The position numbers were made by a program, and so were the translations under genes. A DNA stretch of 64,000 nucleotides from Methanothermococcus sp. Ax23 (GTDB taxonomy: Archaea; AGJL01; Methanococci; Methanococcales; Methanococcaceae), in contig NZ_CP157522.1 in assembly GCF_049075655.1 (NCBI RefSeq), forward strand, positions 1-64,000, written 5' to 3'. The notes below the pieces were generated by a model. The model had not been told where the DNA came from and ran no database searches. It worked only from the letters and a program-made list of their open reading frames with translations. Positions 53,392-63,568 of the stretch are shown in pieces (position 1 is the stretch's first letter; each line of letters begins with the position of its first letter).

Positions 53392-54108
53392 TTATTTCTT
53401 ATGGAACAATACGAATTTTGCAACCTCCTTCATAACATCCAATATCTTTTTTGTTGTAATGTAGGATGTTGCATCAGGGTGATATTCAATTTCAATATAT
53501 TCTTCAACAATTTTAGCATTCTTTTTTGCCAATTGAAGGGCCATTAAATGCTCCACACTATATCCTTCACCGAAATATACATTATTTAAAAAATCGCTTT
53601 TAATAATTCTAAATCCGCTCTGTATATCTTTGAAAAAGTAAATTTTTTTAGAATATATGGAAACTACCAAAGACATGAAAATACTTGCCATAAAATTTGA
53701 TATTTGCCTATGGAATGGAATATGATTATATTTCCTAATACCAAAAACAGCGTCTGCATTTGTTTCCTTTAATTTTTTAAACATTTTTGGGATATCACTT
53801 GGTTTGTGCTGATAATCTCCATCCATATATACAATATATTCGTATCCTTGTTTTAACGCCAATTTAGTTCCATCCTCCAATGCTTTTGATTTTCCTTCAT
53901 TTTTGTTTTTAAATATTGGATATATCTTATTTTTAGTTGTATTGTTTTTGATATAATTTTCAATAACAGATTTTGTCCCATCCAAACTTCCATCATCTAT
54001 AACTATTGAATCAATGCTAAGATTATCCAAATCATTTAAAACTTTTAAGATATTTTTTTCTTCATTATATGCAGGTATCACTACAACTAATTTATCCATG
54101 TTATCCAC
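53392..54108 (-). CDS. glycosyltransferase family 2 (Dpm1-like)
   Basis: VIPAYNEE, IDDGS, MDGDYQH, DIQSGFR. Confidence 0.9.
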   Translation of the reverse strand: MDNMDKLVVVIPAYNEEKNILKVLNDLDNLSIDSIVIDDGSLDGTKSVIENYIKNNTTKNKIYPIFKNKNEGKSKALEDGTKLALKQGYEYIVYMDGDYQHKPSDIPKMFKKLKETNADAVFGIRKYNHIPFHRQISNFMASIFMSLVVSIYSKKIYFFKDIQSGFRIIKSDFLNNVYFGEGYSVEHLMALQLAKKNAKIVEEYIEIEYHPDATSYITTKKILDVMKEVAKFVLFHKK

Positions 54109-54160
54109 TTTGAAACTTAAACACTAATAACATAAAATATGGAATATAAAAATAGTGGGT

Positions 54161-54850
54161 TTATATGTCATAAATATATAATACTACCACAGCAATAATA
54201 GCACCAAATATTAAACCAAGTATGCCATAAAATATATAATTCAACTGATTTTCATTTGAGGATTTACTTTCAACTGCACTAGAATTTATAGGTTCTACTG
54301 AATCTATTTCAGTTGTTTTTTCTTTTGGTTCATTTTCATTTTTCGGCGTTATATTTATTGTGTAATTGTCATTATCAATGCTTTTGTTATCGGCTGATTT
54401 ATTCAATGATATATTCGTCGTGTTTGATATATTATTCAATTCATGATATTTTGGTTTTGTTTTATTTATTATTAGTTCAGAGTTATTGACCCTATAAACA
54501 TGAAAATGTTTTATATAGCTTATTAACGAGTCGTTTAATATGTATTTAACTGATACAATAATATCATAATCGTTTATGGTTTTGTTTATAATTCTACCAC
54601 TAAAATTTTTACATATTCCTTTGTATTCTTCGATATATGACATATTTATTGAATTATTTTTAAACTCTATGCTATCCGAACCTAAATTCAAAGTAAAATT
54701 GTATATCGGAAGTGAATTATTTAATTTATACACAATATAGATATTATCCGTGTTATTATCTACTAATTTTGGAATTATAGTTGTAGCCTCATGACCATAG
54801 TTTATGGTTGTTAATATTAAAAGAGATATTATTAAAAATAACTTTTTCAT
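54161..54850 (-). CDS. secreted Asn-rich protein with C-terminal membrane anchor
   Basis: signal-like N-terminus, many N-x-S/T sites, C-terminal TM helix. Confidence 0.7.
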   Translation of the reverse strand: MKKLFLIISLLILTTINYGHEATTIIPKLVDNNTDNIYIVYKLNNSLPIYNFTLNLGSDSIEFKNNSINMSYIEEYKGICKNFSGRIINKTINDYDIIVSVKYILNDSLISYIKHFHVYRVNNSELIINKTKPKYHELNNISNTTNISLNKSADNKSIDNDNYTINITPKNENEPKEKTTEIDSVEPINSSAVESKSSNENQLNYIFYGILGLIFGAIIAVVVLYIYDI

Positions 54851-54959
54851 ATTATCACAGCATGTGTATTTTTAATAATTTTAAAATAACAAAATAAATA
54901 ATTTTATAGAGGGTAAATCCTTTGGATTCGCTACTTACAAATCCTTTGGTTTTTCAAAA

Positions 54960-55139
54960 TTATAATGTTTTAATTCTCTTTAATCTCTCATTTAACTTTT
55001 CCACCTCTTCCCGAGTGAGTCTTGTAGATTGTTTAACATTGTCCAATTCTTTTTTCAATTGCATAAGTTTAATAAATAAGATAATATTTATCAATAAGCT
55101 AACAACAACTATTGTAAGGACTACTGATGTATCTATCAT
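54960..55139 (-). CDS. small membrane-anchored coiled-coil protein downstream of minD (not in ORF track)
   Basis: MIDTSVVLTIVVVSLLINIILFIKLMQLKKELDNVKQSTRLTREEVEKLNERLKRIKTL*, ATGA overlap with the minD stop, GGAGG RBS. Confidence 0.75.
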   Translation of the reverse strand: MIDTSVVLTIVVVSLLINIILFIKLMQLKKELDNVKQSTRLTREEVEKLNERLKRIKTL

Positions 55140-55512
55140 TTTCTCCCTCCAAATAACCCTTTGATAAACTTTTTAATAAATGATTTTTCCTCAGTTTGTT
55201 TAGGAATATATTCTCTTCCAGTTAATCTTGCCGCAATTTGCATTATAGCCTGTGAAGCAGGAGAATTAGGATATCTTATTACAATGGGTTCTCCAAATGC
55301 CGCACATCTTCTTACATTTGGGTCCTCAGGAATTACTCCGAGTATGGGAACTTCGAGTATTGTTTCAATAGCCTTCGAGCTCAGTTCAGAATCCTCCATG
55401 GTGGTTCTATTAATTATTGTCCCCAATATATTAGTTTCAAATCTTCTTGCAATAGCCACAACCTTTAAAGCGTCAGAAATGGATGATATTTCAGGATTTA
55501 CTATTAATATTA

Positions 55513-56667
55513 CTGACAGTGTGATTATGATATTCCTTTCTTTATTAGTTCTTTACCACACTTTTTAACGATTTCATAAAACGATAATCCATAGTTGTAG
55601 CTTAAGTATTCGATGCAGTTTGATACTACCGCCATAAATCTAATGAATCCAATATTACTCTTTTCAGAAGTTATGTAATTCCCTTCAACTTCTAAAATCG
55701 ATTTATCCCTTTTATGTTTTTCTTCTATCTTTGGTCTCTTCATATACTCGATTATAATGTTCTCTGCCTTCTTTTTATAGTTTGTAGAGACTAAATACTT
55801 AGGTTTTTTCTGATTTTCCATTTGCACAGCAACGATTTTAACCTTGCCAACATTTGGAATATTCACAATCCTATCGGATAATTTGAACTCTATTCCATTA
55901 ATCGTCCTTAATTTGAACTTTCTTTTTTGAAAATCCTTTTCGAACAATTCTTCCACTTTAACCTTCTTACTGAAAAACTCGATTATAATGTTTTTCCTAA
56001 GTTTGCCAATGTATTCGATTCCCAATCCCTTACATCCCTTTAGAATTTTCTTTGTTGTGATAAAACTGTCCCCTATAACCGTCCTGATGTTAGTTTGAGA
56101 TAAAAATTCAATGATTTCAATAAATATGTTTGTGGATTTTTTGTCGAGTGGTTTTATCGTAGTGTGAATAGTATAAAGCCCTTTTTTTTGTGATAGATAC
56201 AGCAGTTTATTTGCTCTTGATATAGTTTGCTATGATTTTCGATGTAATTGTATCTAATACTACAACCATAAATATTTTCACTCCATCTTCTTAATAATGT
56301 TGAATCGATTATTGCAGCGTATTTAAATCTATTGTCATTCAAAATGTCGGGAAGGTTTAATAATTGAGCGTATAAGTAAAACTCTTCTTCGAAGAGTTTT
56401 TGCAAGTTTTTAACGATAGTTGTTCTGTGGATTTTTGAAATACTTTCTGAAAATGCTTTAATAGTTTTTATCGGCGTTAACGTTCTAACCAATGCAAACT
56501 TAGATAATTCTTCCGAACAGTTAAATCCTAAACTATTTATAGAATTAGTGAGCATATTACTTAATGTCTTTAGCATGCTGAATTCACCGTTTTTTAATGA
56601 GATATTTAACTACTACCTATTTCTATTTTTTGATTTTAAAGATGGTATTGTTAATTCACACTGTCAG
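55513..56667 (-). mobile_element. 1155-bp DDE insertion sequence (IS4/IS701/ISH3-like)
   Basis: TIR CTGACAGTGTGA at both ends; 8-bp TSD TAATATTA at 55505-55512 and 56668-56675. Confidence 0.93.
55525..56576 (-). CDS. DDE transposase split by a -1 frameshift at A8G
   Basis: ORF1 IIDST; -1 frame gives VIGDS and the Y(2)R(3)E(6)K motif YMKRPKIEEKHKRDK. Confidence 0.85.
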
Positions 56668-57099
56668 TAATATTAAATGTTCAGCAGTTGATATTGCAGT
56701 CAGTGCTTCCTTTCCAATACCTGCTGGGCAATCTATTATTATAATATCCCCCAATTCATGCAACTTTGATAATACCTCCAATAATTTCTCAGGTTTAGCC
56801 TTTTTAAAACCATCCAATGATACACCAGCAGGAACTACCTTTACACCACCGGGTCCTTCATAAATAGCCTGCTCTACACTTGCACTACCTGCAAGAACAT
56901 CATTTAAGGTTATTGGCTTCCCATCCAAACCCATTACAAGTTCCAAATTCGCCATAGCGATATCTGCATCAAGCACAATAACGTCTTTCCCAAATTTTGA
57001 AAGTGCCACTGATAAATTGGCCGAAATTGTAGTTTTACCAGTGCCTCCCTTGCCAGAAGCTATTGCAATAGTTATTGCCATCTTTTCACCTAAGGTGTT

Positions 57100-58422
57100 T
57101 TATTTAGTATTATCAATTAGAATATTTTCTAATTTTTCAACTGCAACAATAATATCTTCATTTTTAACACCAATTGCTGCATTCATAACAATGTAACTAT
57201 ATGGATAATTGCTCAAATAACAATTACCAAATTTATCTGATACCCTTACACCTCTTGGACCAGTAATCCTTAGATTGTATAATTTTCCTGCAATTTCCAC
57301 AGGGTCTGAATCTACGGTAATGCATAAGGATATTGGGTTTTTAATATTTAAAACTTTATTATTTGTCTTTTCTGCTAATTCCATTGAAAGATTACCCAAA
57401 AGTTTTCTACTTTCCCTTTGCTGTTTCATAAGCTCCAAATATTTATTTAACCCTAATGACAACATTGAAACCAATATATTTACAATTGGTGTTGCACATG
57501 CTCTGCCTGGATAACAGAGAGAAATCTCATTTAAAAATTCTTTGTCTTTTGAATATATTATACCGCCCCCTATTGGAGTCAGTAAATTTTTATCAGAGGA
57601 GCTCACCACTGCATCCACTCTATATTTAAATGCTTTGTTTAATTTATTGATGTAAAATTTATTTTGAATGGCATAGGCACCATTTATAATATGCGGAATA
57701 TCATACTCATCACAAATTTTTGCTATCTCTTCGATATCATCCCCCTCTCTTGGCGGGAAAAATGTGAGGGTGCTTAAAACGCATGGATTGTTGTTGGATT
57801 TTATTTCCTTTTTTATGGCATCTTCTATGTCCCCAACATCAACTTTTACAGCATCTTCGTATAATTTAGTTTCAACTAGTCGCATTCTAAGTCCTGCAAA
57901 AGATACAGCCTTTATTGGACTTTTATGTGCTGCATAAGGATATACAACCACATTTGAATTGTATTTTTTCCTTGCCGCACTTAAACACAGTGCTATTGAC
58001 ATCCCAGTTGCTACTGGCGTGGCTATTGAATAAACATTTAATCCCAAATTTTTTAAAAAACTTTTTAAAATGCTGTTTGTTAATCCATACATCACACTTG
58101 CTCCGGGAGCCTTTGGCTGAGGGTCGGTTAAATTTCCACTTCTCCCAACACCATGGCAAAAGCCAGAAACCAACTCTTCCTGAATCTTTGATGATAATCG
58201 TCCTTCTCTCTCCCCTATTCTTATAGATTTAGGGTCTTTATCTGTATCCATAAGAGAAAGTAATTTTAAAAATAGTTTTATTTTTTCATCATCTAATCCA
58301 TTTTTTGGTATGGCCCTATGATTTAAGATTTCTTCAATCTCTTTTAAATTGTCCTTTAATACCAGCATGCCCCTATTTTCCATATTTTTAGGAAGCATTC
58401 CACTTATATTTAAATTAAACAT
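57100..58422 (-). CDS. spcS: O-phosphoseryl-tRNA(Sec) selenium transferase (SepSecS)
   Basis: GEREGR, HGVGRSGNL..QPKAPG, ATGMS, SSDKN, YPGRA. Confidence 0.93.
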   Translation of the reverse strand: MFNLNISGMLPKNMENRGMLVLKDNLKEIEEILNHRAIPKNGLDDEKIKLFLKLLSLMDTDKDPKSIRIGEREGRLSSKIQEELVSGFCHGVGRSGNLTDPQPKAPGASVMYGLTNSILKSFLKNLGLNVYSIATPVATGMSIALCLSAARKKYNSNVVVYPYAAHKSPIKAVSFAGLRMRLVETKLYEDAVKVDVGDIEDAIKKEIKSNNNPCVLSTLTFFPPREGDDIEEIAKICDEYDIPHIINGAYAIQNKFYINKLNKAFKYRVDAVVSSSDKNLLTPIGGGIIYSKDKEFLNEISLCYPGRACATPIVNILVSMLSLGLNKYLELMKQQRESRKLLGNLSMELAEKTNNKVLNIKNPISLCITVDSDPVEIAGKLYNLRITGPRGVRVSDKFGNCYLSNYPYSYIVMNAAIGVKNEDIIVAVEKLENILIDNTK

Positions 58423-58593
58423 AATATCACTTTGACATTTAAATATTTATATATTATCTAATAATAAAACAGTTATTATATATTATTGATAACTAATATT
58501 AAAATATATTTTATATTTCATATATTATTTATTAAGTATGATATTAATATATTATAAAATTATTATTTAGAAAATTACTATTTAGGCGAGATT

Positions 58594-59382
58594 ATGAAGA
58601 TAGCAATTACTGGAAAAGGTGGAGTAGGAAAAACATTTATATCATCCACATTGGCACGACTATTTGAAAAAAATGGATATAAGGTTATAGCTGTTGATGC
58701 AGACCCTGATATGAATCTTGCATGTGCATTAGGGATTGATGAGGAAATAACGCCCCTATCCAAAATGGACGACCTAATAGAGGAGCGAACCGGTGCAAAG
58801 GTCGGGGAATACGGGAGTGTTTTTAAAATCAATCCTAAGGTAGATGACATTGTTGAAAACTACTCTTACAGGGCGGGAAATGGGAACATACATTTGCTTG
58901 TTATGGGAACTATTGAACAGGGAGGGGGAGGATGCGTATGCCCTGCTTCAGTTTTACTGAGGCGACTTTTAAGGCATTTGATATTAAAAAGAAATGAAGT
59001 CGTTATAATGGACATGGAAGCAGGTATAGAGCATCTTGGAAGAAAAACTACTGAAAATGTCGATTTAATGATTGTTGTAATAGAACCTTCTAAAAAATCC
59101 TTGCTAACTGCAAAAAGAATAAAAAAACTTGCAAATGACATAAACATATCAAATCTATATGCCGTGGTGAATAAAATAAAAAACGATGAAGAAAAAGAAA
59201 CATTTGGAAAAATATTTGAAAAAGAGGTGAATATACCGATAATTGGTTATATTCCATACAGCGACGAAGTCTCTTCATCCGATTTATTAGGAAAACCTAT
59301 TGATTTAAATTCTGATGTTGGAAAAGAAGTTGAAAGATTATTCAATGAAATAATAAATATAAAAAATAAAAACAACAAATAA
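58594..59382 (+). CDS. cooC: CooC-type nickel-insertion ATPase
   Basis: GKGGVGKT, DADP, GGGCVCP, DMEAGIEHLGR. Confidence 0.9.
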   Translation: MKIAITGKGGVGKTFISSTLARLFEKNGYKVIAVDADPDMNLACALGIDEEITPLSKMDDLIEERTGAKVGEYGSVFKINPKVDDIVENYSYRAGNGNIHLLVMGTIEQGGGGCVCPASVLLRRLLRHLILKRNEVVIMDMEAGIEHLGRKTTENVDLMIVVIEPSKKSLLTAKRIKKLANDINISNLYAVVNKIKNDEEKETFGKIFEKEVNIPIIGYIPYSDEVSSSDLLGKPIDLNSDVGKEVERLFNEIINIKNKNNK

Positions 59383-59401
59383 AAAAGTTAAATGTGAAAA
59401 T

Positions 59402-60436
59402 ATGCAATTTTTCATAATATTATGCGTCTGCATTTTAAGCATGTTTAATTTAGTGGCTTTAACGAAAATCATCTCTTCTTTTTTTGCAGTGTTGATATAT
59501 TTAATTAATTTGGTGGAGTCTTTAAATAATAATAAAAAATTTAAAGATACAATTATAAAATTAATAGTAGCATTTAATGTATTAATGGCAGTATTTTCAT
59601 TCTATTTAGATATAAAGCCTATATATGCAGGTATCTTTTTAACAACATCGCTATTATCTACGATTTTATTAATTAATAAAAATATTTTCAATTTCTTTGT
59701 AAAAAAATTAAATATGAATATCCAGTGGGGTAAAATAACTCATAGAACCTTTTTTCCCCTATCGTTATATATATTGCTAAATCCAATAGTGTATCTCACC
59801 ACAATGGGAGCTCACCTAATGATATCATTAAGTAGTTTTTTTCAAATAATTGACCAATTGGGCTTTCAAATATTGTTGTTTGCATACTCTTTTATAGGGG
59901 TTGGATTTGGAACAAGAAGGGGATTAAAAGACTGCATAAACCGATTAAGTATAGGTATTCCGAATATAAAGTATGCTATTGTTGGATTTGTGGGAATATA
60001 CTTAATTGACTATATTATTTGGAATGTCCCCTTATTCATTGATAATTTAATATCATTGATAGTCCCAAATCTTGGGAGCGACATTGCTACAAAAATGGCA
60101 GTAGAGTCATCAAATGTGGAACAGGTTGTCCAATCTATAAAACATGTTGTTCCCACCCTTACTGAAATAGCATTTTTATCCATTGTTGTAGGTATAAGTG
60201 AGGAACTCCTATTCAGAGGGGCACTGCAACCAAGATTTGGAAATTTATATACGAGCTTATTATTTACTGTCCTGCATTTTCAGTATTTTTCAATTGTGGC
60301 TTTATTGGATATATTTTTAATTAGCTATATGCTTGGAATGATTAGGAACAAAACCAACACATCAACAACGGCATTGATACATACAATATATGATTTTATA
60401 TCCCTTGGGGGTTTAGTATTTTTATTTAATGTTTAA
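59402..60436 (+). CDS. CPBP (CAAX protease-like) intramembrane metalloprotease
   Basis: GISEELLFRG, FTVLH, ALIHTIYD. Confidence 0.88.
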   Translation: MQFFIILCVCILSMFNLVALTKIISSFFAVLIYLINLVESLNNNKKFKDTIIKLIVAFNVLMAVFSFYLDIKPIYAGIFLTTSLLSTILLINKNIFNFFVKKLNMNIQWGKITHRTFFPLSLYILLNPIVYLTTMGAHLMISLSSFFQIIDQLGFQILLFAYSFIGVGFGTRRGLKDCINRLSIGIPNIKYAIVGFVGIYLIDYIIWNVPLFIDNLISLIVPNLGSDIATKMAVESSNVEQVVQSIKHVVPTLTEIAFLSIVVGISEELLFRGALQPRFGNLYTSLLFTVLHFQYFSIVALLDIFLISYMLGMIRNKTNTSTTALIHTIYDFISLGGLVFLFNV

Positions 60437-60550
60437 ATCTAAAAAATATTTAAATAATCATGCATAATGGATTTTGACTAAAAAAATAAGATAATAAAAA
60501 AATAAGTAGCATCAAATAAGAATTGTTAATAACCGTGAAAAGGTGATATT

Positions 60551-61396
60551 GTGTATTTTGAAGATTTTTCTAAATATATATGTGCCTACTCTGATTTTGA
60601 AGATGCTGATTTTGTAATGTTCGGAATTCCATACGATGCCACAACTTCCTACAAACCAGGAACAAGATTTGGACCAGATGAAATAAGAAAGGCATCATGG
60701 GGGTTGGAAACATTCAGCCCAGTATTGAAAAAGGATTTAATTGATGTGAATGTATGTGATTTATACAATATCATCATTGAAGGAACCCAAATGGACATTA
60801 TTGAAAGGTCATACAACGCATCCAAAAATATTATGGAAAAAGGCAAAATACCAATAATGATGGGCGGAGAGCATTCCATTACCTATCCCGTAGTAAAGGC
60901 TGTAAAGGATGTATATAATGATTTTGTTTTAATACAGTTTGATGCCCATTGTGATTTAAGAGAAGAGTATTTAGGCAATGAATATTCCCATGCAAGTGTA
61001 ATAAGAAGATGTTTTGATTTAACAAAGGATATTTATCAGTTTGGAATAAGAAGCGGAGATAAAGAAGAATGGGAATTTGGATGGGAAAATACAAATATAT
61101 CCATGGATTTACCTACAAAGGAAGATATAAAAGAAATTAAATCATTGGATAAACCCGTATATATTACAATAGATATTGATGTTTTAGACCCTGCCTATGC
61201 CCCTGGGACTGGAACCCCTGAGCCATGCGGATTTTCCACAAAAGAACTGATAAATTCACTGTATTTATTTAAGGAATTGAAAGATAACATAATAGGTTTT
61301 GATGTTGTTGAGATATCACCGCATTACGATATTGGAAACATCACATCTATTGCAGCGGCAAAAATAATAAGGGAGCTCATGCTAACAATAAAATAA
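60551..61396 (+). CDS. speB: agmatinase
   Basis: GGEHSIT, FDAHCD, DIDVLDP..PGTGTP; GTG start after AGGTGA. Confidence 0.93.
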   Translation: MYFEDFSKYICAYSDFEDADFVMFGIPYDATTSYKPGTRFGPDEIRKASWGLETFSPVLKKDLIDVNVCDLYNIIIEGTQMDIIERSYNASKNIMEKGKIPIMMGGEHSITYPVVKAVKDVYNDFVLIQFDAHCDLREEYLGNEYSHASVIRRCFDLTKDIYQFGIRSGDKEEWEFGWENTNISMDLPTKEDIKEIKSLDKPVYITIDIDVLDPAYAPGTGTPEPCGFSTKELINSLYLFKELKDNIIGFDVVEISPHYDIGNITSIAAAKIIRELMLTIK

Positions 61397-61495
61397 AATA
61401 ATAAATTGGATAATAAATTAGATAATAAATTAAAAAAATCCACTTAATTTGCTGTTCGCCTACTACGTCGGCGAAATGCAGGAAAAGGAGATATA

Positions 61496-62662
61496 ATGAA
61501 TATAGGAACAGTTATTCACGGACCTGAAATAATCGACACTGGCTATGCAAAAAAGATTTTGGATATTTTAGAGGAATTTTCCAAAGAATATGGCATAAAT
61601 ATTAATATAAAGGCAAAACTCGGCGGAACTATGGGACGAGTAGCTGTAATAGATAATGGTTTGGAGGATGTAATTGATATTTCGGAAAAACTCGTCCCAT
61701 CCATGAGTTTGAAAAAATTAGGGAATAATGATATTTTAATTTTAATGAATTACGGAAAATCAAAGGAAACAGGGCACACATTTGGAAGAATCGTTGTAGG
61801 AAGAGCCGGAGTGCATAAACCAATAATACAGATAGAAAGACCAGGGGAAAAGGACGGAACAATTTTAATATGGAATAAAAATAAACATAATAATATTAAT
61901 AACGATATTGACAAAAATTTAAACCTTTTAATAGAATATCTCTCAAAAAAACTAAACTTGAATATTGAAGAATGCATAAGCAATGGGTTGGATGTTTGGG
62001 AAGAGGGAAACAAAGTATTTAGGAAACTACATGGTGTTGATGATGGAGAATCCATAATGATAAATGGCATAGTGGTGGGCAGAGCTCGGGGAGCTCCGGT
62101 AATTTTAGTATCCGAAAATAACAAATTAATAGATATAATCAACGGCGAGGTAAAATGGCATGGCGTTGAAAAACTGGGCGAGATTGATTTAAAAAGTGTT
62201 ATTATAAAGACAGGCATTCTAAGGAGGCATCCATCCAATATCAACAAGAATAAAAAAAATAAAACAATGGAAAAGAATAATTCGTCCAATGAATGCAATG
62301 AAGGGGAAATTGTCATTGTAAATCACGCAGGAGAGGATGTTTTAGAGGAAATAAAAAATAAAAATGTTTCTGCGGTAATCACTATTGGGGACGACACAAC
62401 AACCATTTGCGGAGACATTTTAGCAAGATTTGATATTAAGATAATAGGCATTACAGATGGGGACAGGGATGAGCTCTTAAAAAATCCAATAATCACAGAA
62501 GGCTCAAATATATTTTTAATAAAAAACTGCAAGGATGACGATGTAGGGAAGATGTTGGAAGGAAAATTAAAGAACAAAAAAATGACATATACTGATACCT
62601 TAAATTATATAAAAGAACTTCTAAATAAAAATAAAATTGATTATTGTATTGATGAATATTGA
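61496..62662 (+). CDS. DUF2117-like methanogen protein
   Basis: VIHGPEIID, LGGTMGRVAVID, TIGDDTT, IIGITDGD. Confidence 0.75.
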   Translation: MNIGTVIHGPEIIDTGYAKKILDILEEFSKEYGININIKAKLGGTMGRVAVIDNGLEDVIDISEKLVPSMSLKKLGNNDILILMNYGKSKETGHTFGRIVVGRAGVHKPIIQIERPGEKDGTILIWNKNKHNNINNDIDKNLNLLIEYLSKKLNLNIEECISNGLDVWEEGNKVFRKLHGVDDGESIMINGIVVGRARGAPVILVSENNKLIDIINGEVKWHGVEKLGEIDLKSVIIKTGILRRHPSNINKNKKNKTMEKNNSSNECNEGEIVIVNHAGEDVLEEIKNKNVSAVITIGDDTTTICGDILARFDIKIIGITDGDRDELLKNPIITEGSNIFLIKNCKDDDVGKMLEGKLKNKKMTYTDTLNYIKELLNKNKIDYCIDEY

Positions 62663-62686
62663 TTATAGTATAAAAAGGGGTAGATT

Positions 62687-63568
62687 ATGGATTTAGAAAA
62701 TTCATTTTTAAATGCAATTTCAGAAAGTTTTAAAGCATATGATAAATACGGAGCTCGAAGCAATAAAAAATTGATACCAATTCATAAATGGTTTGCGAAA
62801 GTTATTGAGAATAAATTAGGAGATAGATATTATACAAAATGTTTAGGCAATGGTGGAGAATATAAATTAAATGGTAAATACTACCCAAAAAATTTGGATA
62901 TATCCATATTCAATAAAGAAACTGATAAATTGGTAGCAACAATAAGTTTTAAATTCGTGACTTCTAACTATAAACAAAATGCTAATAATTATTTTGAAAA
63001 TTTATTGGGAGAAACGGCAAATATTAGACGAGTAAATGTAGGATTTGCACACTTTTTAGTATTACGGGGACATACGCCATATTACACAAAAAATAAAGGC
63101 AACTTAAGGGGAGAACTTAAAAAAATAGAATTAATTTCTGAAAAAGATTTAATGAAGTATATTAAATTATATAATGATTTAGATTTTCCACATAAACCAA
63201 ATGTTTTAGGAATTGCTTTAATAGATTTTGATGACAGTGAAAATGCGTATTTTGTAGATTTAGATAGCATGAAAATTTCAGAAGAGGATATTGGTAAGAT
63301 AAATAAAATATTAGAAAAAGCAGGATTTTCAAATGAAAAAATCAATGAAATAAATAAAAAGCTAAAAGAAGTAGGATTTTCAGAAGCAGATATTGAAGAA
63401 ATAGAGAAAGAGTTAAAAAAAGCAAAAATACCAAAAAAAGATATTAAAGAAATAAATAAATTTTTAAACAATATTGGATTTTCAGAAAAAGGTATTAAAG
63501 CATTAAATGAAATGTCGTTAAACAAATTTATAAAACGAGTTGTTGGATTATGTCAGCTGATGGATTGA
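62687..63568 (+). CDS. putative type II restriction endonuclease with 17-aa tandem repeat insert
   Basis: overlaps a DNA MTase gene; possible PD-(D/E)xK-like core KNLDISI..ISFKF; family assignment is mainly from context. Confidence 0.55.
   Translation: MDLENSFLNAISESFKAYDKYGARSNKKLIPIHKWFAKVIENKLGDRYYTKCLGNGGEYKLNGKYYPKNLDISIFNKETDKLVATISFKFVTSNYKQNANNYFENLLGETANIRRVNVGFAHFLVLRGHTPYYTKNKGNLRGELKKIELISEKDLMKYIKLYNDLDFPHKPNVLGIALIDFDDSENAYFVDLDSMKISEEDIGKINKILEKAGFSNEKINEINKKLKEVGFSEADIEEIEKELKKAKIPKKDIKEINKFLNNIGFSEKGIKALNEMSLNKFIKRVVGLCQLMD

Larger units (their letters stand above)
55136..57081 (-). pseudogene. minD: MinD-family ATPase interrupted by an IS
   Basis: 5' part [20 protein letters not shown]; removing the IS and one TSD restores LIVNPEISSISDALKV and a C-terminal amphipathic FIKKFIKGLFGG. 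Confidence 0.92.

Noticed and set aside
56656-56658. Selenocysteine readthrough of the TGA ending the minD 5' fragment (SepSecS is next door)
   Set aside because: The TGA lies within the IS terminal repeat; the break is fully explained by the insertion.
61396-61435. Short ATAAATT(G/A)GATA tandem repeats
   Set aside because: Two to three AT-rich units consistent with slippage; no evidence of function.
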